Of a DNA stretch of 64,000 nucleotides, positions 23,026 through 35,246 are shown piece after piece. This stretch comes from Patellaria atrata CBS 101060 (Eukaryota): assembly GCA_010093705.1 (NCBI GenBank), contig MU006108.1, positions 1 to 64,000 of the forward strand. Direction: 5' to 3'. The notes below the pieces were generated by a model. That model did no database searches. It was not told the DNA's origin and worked only from the letters and a program-made list of their open reading frames with translations. Made by a program: the position numbers and the translations under genes. How positions within the stretch are numbered: the first letter of the stretch is position 1; every line of letters begins with the position of its first letter.

Positions 23026-24337
23026 CTGCTTCAGTCCTCGCGAAACGCTAGGAAGCAGTCATCTCCTAATCACGCTTACTACAAGATAAGATGCCATACT
23101 ACCAACCATTGTCTGGCTATATACCACCATATATGCAGAGATATAGCATTTGATCCCTATACCGTGACTTGAGTTTATCTTGTGGTAAAGAGAGCGAGCG
23201 GAATACTACATAGTCTCGTCAATACCTTCAGCAGTGTTCTTGAAGCGCCAAAGACTTGTCATCCGTAGCGAAAGAGAAAAAACTTGGATATATGAGCGGC
23301 TATGACCCATTTCGACTTCCCGGTATATATTTAGATGTGCTTCCCACACACGCTCCCGCGATTGATCAAAACGCTCTTTGGACTGGTCCTGGCCGTGTGA
23401 AGATCTCTCCCCTCTTCTCAAGTTGTCAAATGAACACTACGGTCGATATTAGGAGGAGAACACAAGACAAACCATGATACCCAGCTTCGAGGCCACCGAC
23501 AAGGATTTGCAGTACCTCTATTAGAGGGCGAGAGATTCCTGACTACCTGTAGACTTATTAAAAGAGGTGAGAGAAGCATGTATAAGACACGTACCAGTTA
23601 TTGAGGTAGGAGGGGTTGAGGATTGCTCTATGCATATGGTGAGAGTGATAGAGGCTTGTGTGGTTTTGCCTATACACTTGTTAGCATGGTTCGAGATTAG
23701 TGAGTGGATGATATACTTGTCGATGTAGTTGACGGAAGCAAGGGTTTGTCTGTTAAGATATACTTCTCAAGATGAGGCGAGAGAGATGCGTGTGACCTTT
23801 ACCGGTGGGCTGAGTGCACCTACTTTAAGAACCCTTCTGACCGGACAAAATTTGAGGTAAGAGTGAAAGGTACGCATTTCGAGTTGGAAAGGAAGTAGCC
23901 TCAAGCCTCAGGAGGTACCTTAGGGAAGAATAGTTGAAAGGTTCTGTCGGGTATTCAACAACCATTTCAGTCTTATATCTCTCGACCAAATCGAGAAATG
24001 AAATTCTTTCCTTTAGACACACGACAGTAATTGAGACACTATGAACTTTTTTGAAACGGAATGCTATAATATGTTCTAGAATGCAACCTGCAGACGCTGC
24101 TCCTTACGGGAGGTAGTCACATCGACCGGACGGAAATTGTATTGACACCATTTAGTTGGGATGTGAGTCAGAATAATGAACTCGTAAATCTACCCATATA
24201 TCAAATGGAGGTAGTCAAATTCACAGTTTGTTTAGGACAATGTGGTTAGGGAAGCTTTTATAAGGCGGAGGATCTGATCGTTTATGAGACCTTGGAAATG
24301 ATTACGCGCTGATATAAATTCGAGACTTCTACTAGTA

Positions 24338-24835
24338 TCACCTATCCGATATATCATTTACAGCGGCCCAGGCGCTCAATGGATCAGCCCAGATTTCCCA
24401 GTGACCGATCTTCCCATTTTCATCGAAATCACTCAAACGGTATATGAACTCTTCATCCCAGCTCTTACCAGTTTTGATACTTTCGAATCTCGCTTTACCA
24501 ATAACGCTGACAATTCCCTTGCTTTGGCTCTCATTTTGTACTTTTGCGTCCGGATCTACGATGAATCCTGTGGTCTCCGGAAATGTGTCGGGACCCATAT
24601 GCATCTTAAGCGTTTCAGAGAGCAATTGGAAGTACTCTTCACAGCCTTGTTTCCCCTTAAAGGTTTTGTGCAAAAATGGAAGGCTTTTCCTAGCCCACTC
24701 AGGTCCATGTTCCGTAATGCGAGGGTGTGATGAAAAATACTTGGAGATTATCTCTTCTGGTGGAGGAGGCGAAAGGAGCGATTGACAGAACTCATTGGCG
24801 CAGCTTCGGAGAGAGGACGCTCGATTTATAGTCAT
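24338..24835 (-). CDS. Single-exon 165-aa protein, probable SnoaL/NTF2-like fold
   Basis: ITEHGPEWA...LPFL..TFKG...YF; GKARF...TGKSWDEEFIYRL.DFD..GKI.HWEIWADPLSAW. Confidence 0.7.
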   Translation of the reverse strand: MTINRASSLRSCANEFCQSLLSPPPPEEIISKYFSSHPRITEHGPEWARKSLPFLHKTFKGKQGCEEYFQLLSETLKMHMGPDTFPETTGFIVDPDAKVQNESQSKGIVSVIGKARFESIKTGKSWDEEFIYRLSDFDENGKIGHWEIWADPLSAWAAVNDISDR

Positions 24836-25085
24836 CCTTTTCCAGTCGATCCAGGATTTCAGGAGCCCGGATTATCTTCATAAAGTATTTGAGTGTAAGG
24901 TTCTGTAGTTATTCCTTGAGTGTAATAATGTAAGGGTTTCTACTTGCATAATATATTAAATATAATTGCCCTAGGGAGCTTGGACCAGCCACCCCACAAT
25001 ACAACATATAAGGTATCTAGACATAGCTTTCAGTAGGATGATCTTGAAGCTTCAGCAAACCGAGAAAATCTTATAGTAGGAGACG

Positions 25086-26362
25086 ATGGCATCTGCCGAC
25101 CCCTTTGATAGTGCTCTGTATGTTTTGTCCCCGCGAAGTCATTCTGATCTATATATCTCGCTAGTTATAAACTGACCCCGTTTTCCTAGCGACCTGCTCC
25201 GCCGCCTTAACCCCAAGGATACAGCTGCAAACGTTCAACGCCTTTGCTCACTCGCCCCTTCCCTTACCGAAGATCTCCTTGAATCCGTTGATGTACCCCT
25301 CACGATAAAACGGGATACAAAAACCGGGCGCGACTTTCTATGTTGCGATTACAACCGGGATGGTGATAGTTGGCGAAGTCCTTGGAGTAACGAGTTCTTC
25401 CCCGCCATCGATGATGGAGAAGGTGTCGTACCCAGCGAGAGAGTTAGAAAAATGGAAGTTAAGGCGGGGGAGGCGTTCGACGTATACCGGGAACTGTGAG
25501 TTTGCACATCTGAAGCTTTTAATGCATGAGAAATGGAAGGTACACTCTTGAACGTGGGTCTAGCGTTACTGACCCCCTACTCTCTCAATCAGGTATTTTG
25601 AAGGCGGTATCTCAAGCGTATACTTCTGGGACGTCGACGATGGATTTGCTGGTTGTGTCCTGCTGAAAAAGTGTGCGTACCGTACCCTTGTCCCCGTTCC
25701 CCTGGTTATCCTCAGTCCTGATTAGGAGCTTGGTAGCGGCCTCACCCAGTTCGAAGTCTGCTGCTAGCTGGGATAGTATTCACGTCTTTGAAGCTCTCGA
25801 CCGAGCTCGAACGGCTCGTTACAAACTTACTTCGACCGTTATATTAAATCTAGGCACCGATGCAGAGAATCTAGGAAACATGGATCTCAGTGGCAACATG
25901 GTCCGACAGGTTGAACAAGACTTACCAGTCGAAAACGACGGAAGTCATGTTACCAATATCGGAAAGGTATGTATTATCTTCCCTTCGAGTGCGAGTAAAA
26001 TGATCAAGGATCGATCAAGATCAATCAAATCCACAATATGCGGTCATACTTCTATACAATGCAGACCACATAGTATCAACTAACATTTCCATCTAGATGG
26101 TGGAAGACATGGAGGGCAAAATGAGGAATTTGCTACGTACGTTCTATGACTCCGCAGTTCTACAGACGCTTATATAATTCGTAGAGGAAGTCTACTTTGG
26201 TAAAGCAAAAGATGTAGTCGGTGACCTCAGAAGTATGCCACACTAGTAACCTATGATAGGATAATGATATACTAACGTTTTCTAGGTATAGCATCTCTTA
26301 GCGAGGCGAAGAGAGACAAGGCCACGCATCAAGAAATGATCAATAGCATGAGTCGGTCATAA
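25086..26362 (+). CDS. CAP2: F-actin capping protein beta subunit (multi-exon)
   Basis: [104 protein letters not shown]. Confidence 0.96.
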
Positions 26363-26778
26363 GCCTGCATACAATTACCCCGATCATAACAGTGCCTACT
26401 AATGTAGTGTACACATAAACGTTGTAGACTTGAAATTAGAGCGGTTTATTATGCTCGTCCACCGTCAGATCGTGTAATATATACCCCATACTGAGTTCAA
26501 AGGGTTCGAAATATGTAAGAGCGCATTTTAAAGAGCATCTTTACTAAGCAATTACATGTTTCGTTATTATCTCAGAGTACAAGATCTAACCCGAGCATCA
26601 CACTAGTTTTTAATTTCTGTAAAGTACAATAATGATGTTATACACGTAAAACATATCAGCGCTCATTTTCGATATTACCCAATCCAGTTTTCCAACTTGT
26701 CATCCCATCAACATCCAGAGGACATGAACATTATCACTTAGGCTATTTTCCTGGATGGCAGATCGGGTTTTGATGCAG

Positions 26779-27398
26779 TTATAGAGCAAAGATAGCCATA
26801 AGCAGACCGGCAAACCCACCTACAGAGACGCTCATGGGGCTATTGCCGATAGCGGCTCCGGAGGAAGTAGCTTCAGCAGCGGATTCCGTTTGAGTGCCTG
26901 TTGGAGAGGAAGCCCCTATTTCTGTTAGTTACAGTCATCTTGACTCTCTCGTCTTAGATTTTGAAATTTGATCTTAGGAAGGAAAATATATTCACACTCA
27001 CCATCAGTAACACTCGCCGTATCACTTGCTGCGGTGTTGGTAGAGCCCTGACCCGCGGTACCTGTTGCTCTCGCAACTGCTCCAGTCCCTGAAGGCAAAA
27101 AGATGCTCGTAATGCAACGAGACATACACTGCGCGTATATTTCTGTCTGCTCCTGGGAGCCGTCCCCCTGGTCACACTCAGCGACGCACTCGGTTGTATC
27201 ATTCGCATGTTGTTCATCCGGGTGAGGATTCCCCCCACACTCAGCCTGGCATTCGACGTCGGCAGGGTCACATTCGGTAAGACATTTCTGGTACGGAGTG
27301 AGAGAGATTGTAGGAGATGCCGGGCCGTCAGTAGTTGCTTGAGGTACTGCAAGTACGAGGGACGCGAATGCGACGAAGATAAAAGCAACGGGCTTCAT
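26779..27398 (-). CDS. GPI-anchored Cys-rich, Ser/Thr-rich cell-surface protein (exons 27398-27002, 26915-26779)
   Basis: Signal peptide MKPVAFIFVAFASLVLA; 8-Cys domain (CLTECDPADVECQAEC...CVAECDQGDGS...CMSRC); S/T/A linker; C-terminal SSGAA...GGFAGLLMAIFAL GPI-type signal. Confidence 0.85.
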
Positions 27399-27927
27399 GT
27401 TGATTGACGTTTGAAGGATTCGAATCAGATGTTACGTGACAAGGAATGTGTTGAGTCGAATGCCGTAGTTGATATTGGATATATCGAAAGAGAGGAACTG
27501 CTAAGAACGCGATATCAAACGAGTGACTGTTGGTGCAAATAATAATGAATGACGACACCGAGGTGAAAGCAACCTTGAACTGTAAGAAGAGAGAGGAGAA
27601 AAGATGGGATTTATGGAAGGGATCAAAAGTATAGGCAAGGGGCTCCCGCATAGAAACACGAGGCGCTAGATGTTATCTGGCTTAGTTCTGGCTTGGGCGG
27701 CTAAATGAGGTTAAAGTTTCCGTAGTCCGCTCCGCCCTATTTCGCCCCATCCCGCCCCGGTAGTGCCCTGTGCGGCTCAACGCCGGTCCGAGTCGCGTCT
27801 TCCCCCACTCAATTCACACGTCACGCGTAAGTACATTGCCGCTGTACGTTTACAGAATGAGAATTAATGAGAAAGCAGTGATTGACCCTCCTACAATGCA
27901 CAAGCAATCCATAAGGACCAGTACACT

Positions 27928-30900
27928 ATGTCTGATTCCGACGATTTCGGAGATTTCGACAATGATGATTTAATTCTAGCTACTACACAGGCCGAAAAAT
28001 TGCACGGAGTTACCCAAGATTTTCCAGAGTCCAACCGTCCACGGAAGAGACGAAAAATAAAGAGTCAATACGATGGCAGTGATAATTTCAGATTCGAAAT
28101 GCAAGATGAGAAAACATGTAACCCTCGTTCCTACGACTTGCCATCCACTTCGAAAGAAGCTGAAAGGTCTTCCGGAGTCACAGTAGACGAAGTCAATCCC
28201 TTAGACCCTCAACATGGAACAGCGTTGAGAGTGAGGTCACAACATGGGGTTCGTGTCCCTGCAAGGGTCGATAACTTGAATGACGTCTTGGTCAATCAAG
28301 CTCTAGATTCTACGCAAAGTCTGGGGCTAGTCCGAGGTCCCATATGGCAGAAGAATCCGCAATTGAATGAATCGGGCCCTAAGGCGAGCAGATCAACTCT
28401 TGGAGTGTCGCAAAATGCCATGGACCCGTTGCAAAGGATGCCCCTCTCAGAGAACATGAATAAACTGAGTTTTCGAACGTTCAGTTCCGCAAACCGCATG
28501 GGCGGGGCAAATACCTCTGTAGCTCAACATATGTGAGTAATCAATTAGCGTGGTGTATTTTGGGATCTTACTCATCCTTAATTTAGAGCTACGTTACCCT
28601 ATGACCCTGCCCAAGAGCTCGCAGATCTTCCATCTGACGCTTTTTCTTCGTCGCAGTCCTCTCCGCAAAGGCAAGCAATAGGTGCGAGATTCGTTAATCC
28701 TCAAGAACAGTCGGTCCCAATGATATCTCGCAGACTTGCCGCTCCACATGCTGGTCTCCGCCAAACCACTTTATTCGGACGAGACCTTGCGGACGGTATT
28801 CCCGCTTCTCAAACCAACAAGCAGTACAACTGGCCTCTTGCTGAAAAGGTAGAACCACCAACCCACCATCAGCTCGACTTTGAAGCACTTAAGTCGTGGG
28901 TGTATCCGACCAATCTAGGTACAATTCGTGACTATCAGTTCAATATCGTGTCCAGAGGGCTATTTCACAATCTTCTGGTGGCTCTACCCACTGGGCTTGG
29001 GAAAACATTTATTGCAGCTACTATCATGCTGAACTGGTTTCGCTGGACAAAAGATGCCCAAATTGTATTCGTCGCTCCCACCAAACCGCTCGTTGCTCAA
29101 CAAGTGGACGCATGCTTCGGTATCGCCGGAATCCCTAGATCACAGACCACGATGCTGACGGGGGGCATCTCACCTAGCATTAGGGCTGAACAATGGGCTG
29201 AGAAACGGGTCTTCTTCATGACTCCTCAAACTCTACTAAATGATCTAAAAGCAGGAATCTGTGATCCCAAAAGAATCGTTCTCGTAGTAGTTGATGAGGC
29301 TCATAGAGCCACTGGAGCTTATGCTTACGTTGAGGTTGTAAAATTCATCCGACGGTTTAATGAGAGCTTCCGAGTCTTAGCACTAACTGCCACACCCGGA
29401 TCAGATGTGGAGTCCGTGCAAAAGGTCATTGATGGGCTAGACATTTCTCGGATTGAGATCCGAACTGAGAATTCCCTAGATATCAAAGGATACGTAAACC
29501 AGCGAAGAATTGAGAAATTCGTCTTCGAGAATTCGGAGGAAATGGTTATGCTTATGGAACTTTATTCAAAAGCTGTGCGGCCCGCACTCAATGTGCTGAA
29601 CACTCAAAATGCGAACTGGGTAAAAGATCCCGTTACGCTGACCCCTTATGGTTTAACGAAGTCAAGACAGCAATGGTTGTCATCGGAGGCAGGTAGAAGA
29701 GCGCCAATGTCAATCAAAGGCATGGTGAATTCAGTCTTTACTATACTTGCTAGCTTGTCACATAGCATGGAATTGCTCAAATATCACGGTATCGGCCCCT
29801 TTTACCACGGTCTTCTCAAATTCCGCAAATCAGTTGAAGAGGAGAAAAGCAAGTCGAGGTACAAAAAGCAGATCAATGAGGATGATAACTTCCAAAAGAT
29901 GATGGGTACTCTCAAAGTTTGGATCAATAACCCTGAATTTGTCGGCCACCCGAAACTCGAGCATCTTCGATCTCTCGTCCTAAACCATTTCCTCGATGCC
30001 GGGGAAGGACGCGGAGCAGATGGCGCACCACCATCAGCTACTCGTATAATGATCTTCGCACACTGGAGAGATAGCGCGGAAGAGATTGTCCGTATTTTGA
30101 AGCGGGATGAGCCGATAGTTCGACCTCATGTTTTTGTAGGACAGGCAGCTAGCACAAATTCCGAAGGAATGAGCCAATCGAGGCAACAAGAGTTAGTTGC
30201 TCAGTTCAAAAAAGGAATATTTAACACTCTCGTGGCAACATCTATTGGTGAAGAAGGTCTGGATATCGGAGAGATAGACCTAGCCGTCTGTTATGATTCC
30301 AAAGCATCACCAATCCGCATGCTACAACGAATGGGACGTACAGGACGGAAGAGATCAGGTAACATAATTCTGCTTCAAATGAAAGGTAAAGAAGAAGATG
30401 ATGCAGAAAAAGCAAACGACAACTACCTGAAAATGCAGGAGATGATTGCGAAAGGAGACCGTTTCACCTTTCACGGCGATCGTTCTCGTCGCATTTTGCC
30501 GAAAGAGGTTCAGCCTGTGGTAGATAAGCGTATCGTTGATATCCCTTCTGAGAATTCTCAACAAGAGTTACCGGAGCCGAAGAAAAAGGGTAAAGCACCT
30601 AAACGCCCTCCGAAAAGGTTTCATATGCCAGATGGCGTGCATACCGGATTTGTCAAAGCCTCAAGGATAGACGACGTGAATAATGATCAGGATGAGGAAG
30701 ATAGCAGACCTCGAGGCCCAATTCTCTATTCTACCGCACCCGTTCCAGTTCCAACTATAGCTGAAGTTCTTCTTAACCGGGACCAATGGGGTGAATTAGA
30801 ACGTCAGTACCAGAATGCCTTCGATATGGACGGCGGCGAAGTGATTAACCCCCCTAACCTGACCACTCAACCCGAAGCCCAGCGGAGACTTCGCAGAATC

Positions 30901-31704
30901 AAGCATGTGAGCCACGGTCGGACTTGCAAAGATGTTGTAGAGATGCTTAATAGTATACATACTATGTCCCAAGTCTGTGACTTCAAATACGAGAAAAATT
31001 TGCATATGTCCGACCTTGAAGACAAGCCCGCACACATCCTTCAAGCATCGTCAAGCGAAAATTCTTCTAATGAGGAGGAAGGCAAAGACGACAACACTAC
31101 CATAAGCGGCTTGGATTCAGATATAGAGGACGTCAGAGATAACATGCTTCATCCGTCCTTTTCATGTCCATCATCCGGTTCCCGGATGAGGGCCAAATCG
31201 AAACAGAAACGTAAAGCCTACAACAGACCTTCACTTTTCCTCACATCGGCATCCCACTTCCCTAGCTCTCCTCCACCCTCCTCCCCACGCTTTGCCCTTC
31301 CTACTCAAGGCATAGATATAGGCTCGGACAACACCTCTGGCTCGGAAGAAGCAGAAGGAGAGCCATCTTCGGAGCTACGGGACTTTGTGGCCGGTGATGA
31401 TGAAACTGTTTGGGAAGGGTCATCGAGTGGTGTTTGCAGGAGCAATAGAACTGTGAGGCTAAGCCAGATGTTTTATCTGAGCCAGGAAGTAGATGAAGAC
31501 GAGAACCATGATGAGGAAGATATGCCGGACCTTGCTGATTTGGTTGCGAGTGGGGCAACGAGGAATGAACGGAGTGCAAATCTAAGTGATAAAGAAATAA
31601 GAAAACCAAAGCCACAACAGAGGAATGTTGAATCGGATGAGGAGGTTCATGTTCATAGGAAACGGAGAAGAAGGGTCGTAGAAGAACATGAGAGTGACGA
31701 ATAA
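27928..31704 (+). CDS. MPH1: FANCM/Mph1 ATP-dependent DNA helicase (exons 27928-28532, 28587-31704)
   Basis: [60 protein letters not shown]. Confidence 0.95.
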
Positions 31705-32012
31705 TTCAGGTGCATATTAGCTAGCGCTCCGATTCATTGCATTTATACTACATTACCACAAGGTCACAAACTAGCACTTTGTATGTCGATCAATCAGTCC
31801 CGAACTTGACAGTCGAAGCACTTTAACCACCATACCTTGACAGACAGACTTCGCCATAGTTTAAGATCATGGTGAAATTAAATAAACCAGTATGTGTGAC
31901 CACAACGTCAATCTCGTCAACCGCTTACTCGTAGGAGCAATGATCTTACTTAGAACTACTCGGATTCTAGGAAACTTTGTTTCTACTCTTAGTTTCGGGT
32001 CGGGAGACGAGT

Positions 32013-33872
32013 CTATATGTTGTTACCAACCGCGCCGGGACAATCGTCCTCAATTGCGACATTCGTTATGCCGGCTCTGTTGATGACAATAGTCTCAAAC
32101 CCTCCCCTTATCATTTTCACCTCCATTACGAACTGCATGAGTCCCTGCGTATTCATTTCCTCTGTTAAGGTTTCGTTAGAAGAACAATATACACGCAGGA
32201 AGTCGCGTGAGAGGTTATTAACTGCATGAAACAAGGACCTGGCGTTCAACTCGCGACAATAACGGTCCTTCGCGAGCTTTTTCGTGATAGCTTCGTCATC
32301 GCAGATATAAAGATAGCTATTTCCGATAAGGCGCTTCACCTCTGGGCGGAGATCGATTGGCTTCCGAATTTCGTCCGCGAACTATATTTTTGCGTTAGAG
32401 GGTATTCATAATGGAAACGCCAACTGAACAACCAACCTTAAGGAGATATTTGTGCGCGATAGCAGTTTGTTCATTCAGGCTGAATGGTAGGAATGGGACT
32501 ATCCTGTTGATGCGTCCCATGAAGGGTGCGTAATACCTCGGGTTAGTGACATAGTAAAAGACTGGTGACGTTAGCTCATACTCCAAATTTTCTCGTAAAC
32601 ACCTTCCCGATTTCTTCTTGCAAAGGAAGTAGAGACACATGCGACTTTTCCGTATCATTCTTGGGCTCAATCTCCTTGTCGTAGAATGCATTGATCGCGG
32701 CATCCCCCAAGTTAGTAACCACGATCAAGATAGTCATTGAGCAATCTATTGGTGTGTTCGTACGCATATCGTAGTAGTCCCCTATGACATGTGCGCATCT
32801 TCCAGACGCTGAGAAAAAAGAATTATTACCTGTATCACACAGGAGGAGCAAAGAGTTTCTGATCTTTTGTGAAGTTTTATCGAACTCGTCGAGAAAAACA
32901 ACACTTCGAAGGCCACTATTAGTAGCTAAGAAGTTGTTCAACTGGGATCCCTCCTCGGATCGCTGGTAACCATTATGAGCGCCGAACAGGTCCCAATCGT
33001 TTCTCATCTGAGCGCAATCAACAACGGTTGTGTCCACGTTCAAGATGTCCCCAATCTGCCTAGCCATCTCGGTTTACCGTGACCGGAGGGGCCAGCAAAA
33101 GCCATTATCAAGGGTACCTTCGTATTAAATGCCATATGTGAGAGCAACTCGGTTTGAACCATTGTAACGGCCTGCTTCTGGCTGATGATCGAATATTGAA
33201 GCTTTGACAGGTCTCCCATGCGGTGTGTGGTCGTAATCTGTGATTCAGGGCCTGTTGGGTTGGAAGAACAATGAGCTACGTTCAAAAGGTACTTACTAGA
33301 AACATTCATGGACCTGGATAAGACGCCTCGGTAGAAGGGGTGGTTACACCAGGCGGTTGCCTTCGAATCCTTGGGCAATTTATCGTCTACCCAGAATTCA
33401 AAAGGGATAGTTGTAGGCATGACACCCGCGGCAATTAACACTTTAACGGTTGCAATTGTGTTCTTTGACGAAAGAGTTCCGTTCATCATCGCGTATGCTA
33501 GAACGAGCACGCCTCGTGCTGAAACGGCTTTGTCAACATTTGCTCCATGATCAAAAAGCAGCTTGACCACTTCGATCTCGTTACGTACACCGGAAAGAAC
33601 AGAAGCGGTGCCTGGGATCTGATAAGGGTATTGATCTGATCCTTGATGATCTCTGTCTCATGGACATTCAAGTACTTGTGCAAGAGTGAATACCCGCAGC
33701 CCTGTTGAATACAAGCAGCGAGTAGTTCAGGGCTAAAGTCTTTGTTATTGCCGAGATTGAAAAATGCATGATCGATCTGTTCGTCGGGGTCGCCAGGGAG
33801 TGGCATAAGAGGTAAGTCAAGCGGCGAGATGATAGACCTACGCTCTTTAAGATCACCCAGTTTTCCAGACAT
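32013..33872 (-). pseudogene. Disrupted ankyrin-repeat plus single ClpA/B-type AAA+ ATPase gene
   Basis: Ankyrin-like VVKLLFDHGANV; Walker A FAGPSGHGK(T); Walker B VVFLDEFDK; TNLG; PFMGRINRIVPFLPF; ELNARSL; 1-bp frameshifts near 33590 and 33073; intron-2 acceptor reads TAC instead of TAG near 32530. Confidence 0.75.
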
Positions 33873-35246
33873 GGCGATGGAAAACTTTATGGCGTAATTA
33901 GCTCTGAGTAGCAAATGAAGATATTGGAGCTCGTATGAGCTTACTTTGCTTCGTAAAAGTTCAAATGATGGGTAGATGCGCTCCGGTTATGATTGTTGTT
34001 CGTCACGTTGAAAGATGTAGAAAGATGGGAGAGAAGTTTGAAGAGAACAGTTTATATTTGTTTATCACTACGCGAGATAAATAATGAGAGCCAAGACTAT
34101 AATAGGGGTACGTGAATGTGAAGTTTGACGAAATATATTCACTTAAACGATTTTCACGTGAAAACGGGAATATGAATAGAAGTCAACATCCAAAACGGTT
34201 ATGGGCGGTTTGAATTGTATTTCGAGCGATTTTAATATATCTAACGTACTTTATGGTTATCATTTACTTCTCCTGCGATAGACTTTTAGTCCTATGAATA
34301 ATGGACTGATTTTGCTGAACAGAAACGAAGACAGAAATTGATCTGGAATATTCCAAAGTTTGAGATTCTGGGGTGGGCACAGCTGGGCCACAACTAGAAC
34401 ACCTCTATTATTTTTATGAAAGAGAATGATGGTGACATGTTCTTAGTTGTTACCGCTTCCAATATTCTCCTACCTTCATTTGGACTCAAGGGCACATTTT
34501 CCTTCACAAAGATCTACAGTAAGACTATATCAAGCTTGGAAATCTAGTTTCATGAGTTGTATTCATCAGCGGTGTAGCTACGAAGGACAGCAATATATCC
34601 TTTCAAAATTCTTCTCGTTGGTAATTCAAGCAATTCAAGTAGAATCTAGAGGTGCAATATGATACCTTATTGCGTACGAAATGGTGTAAATGTGATCAGG
34701 ATTAATCTGAGGTACGTACAGTACAATACGGCTCAGTTACAAGTCAAATTATAATGAAAAGACTAAAATGGAAATGAAGTCACTTTTTGTATCGTACTCT
34801 ACAGTAAGGTACTTGAGAAGGATAAAATGAAATTGAAGCTACTTTTGTATTTTATACTCTACGGTAGATTGTCGTTGAGGTGAAGATAAAGGACGCCCTT
34901 TGACTCTTGGACGTCCTCGCTACCTTGGGCGCTAACTCTTTTACGGTTAGCTCACTCTTGCCATGCGGCTCTGAATCGGTAGTGCAGGTTTTCATTTCGG
35001 GTTATGCCTGATGGACCTTTACAATATATAATAAAGAATACAATACTCCGTACAGTATGTCGATGCAAAACTAAGAGTGTCATAATCGCCCTCCTTCTCT
35101 CCTCGCCACTACTTCTTCTAGTTCTCTATCTTTCATTTCTTCCACGCCCAAATTGATTATCCTATCCTCACCTTCTCTGCCTTACAACCGTCTCTCCCGC
35201 CCTTTCACCTAACTCTTTTCAATCCTACCATCTTCAACTTTCCAAT

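Noticed and set aside
22878..24030. Possible TA-flanked pogo/Fot1-like insertion starting TACGTTCTTCAG and truncating the LINE
   Set aside because: No matching inverted terminus or transposase remnant found by eye
4935..24100. Starship giant transposon carrying the giant gene and NLR
   Set aside because: No DUF3435 tyrosine recombinase captain or recognisable element boundaries within the window
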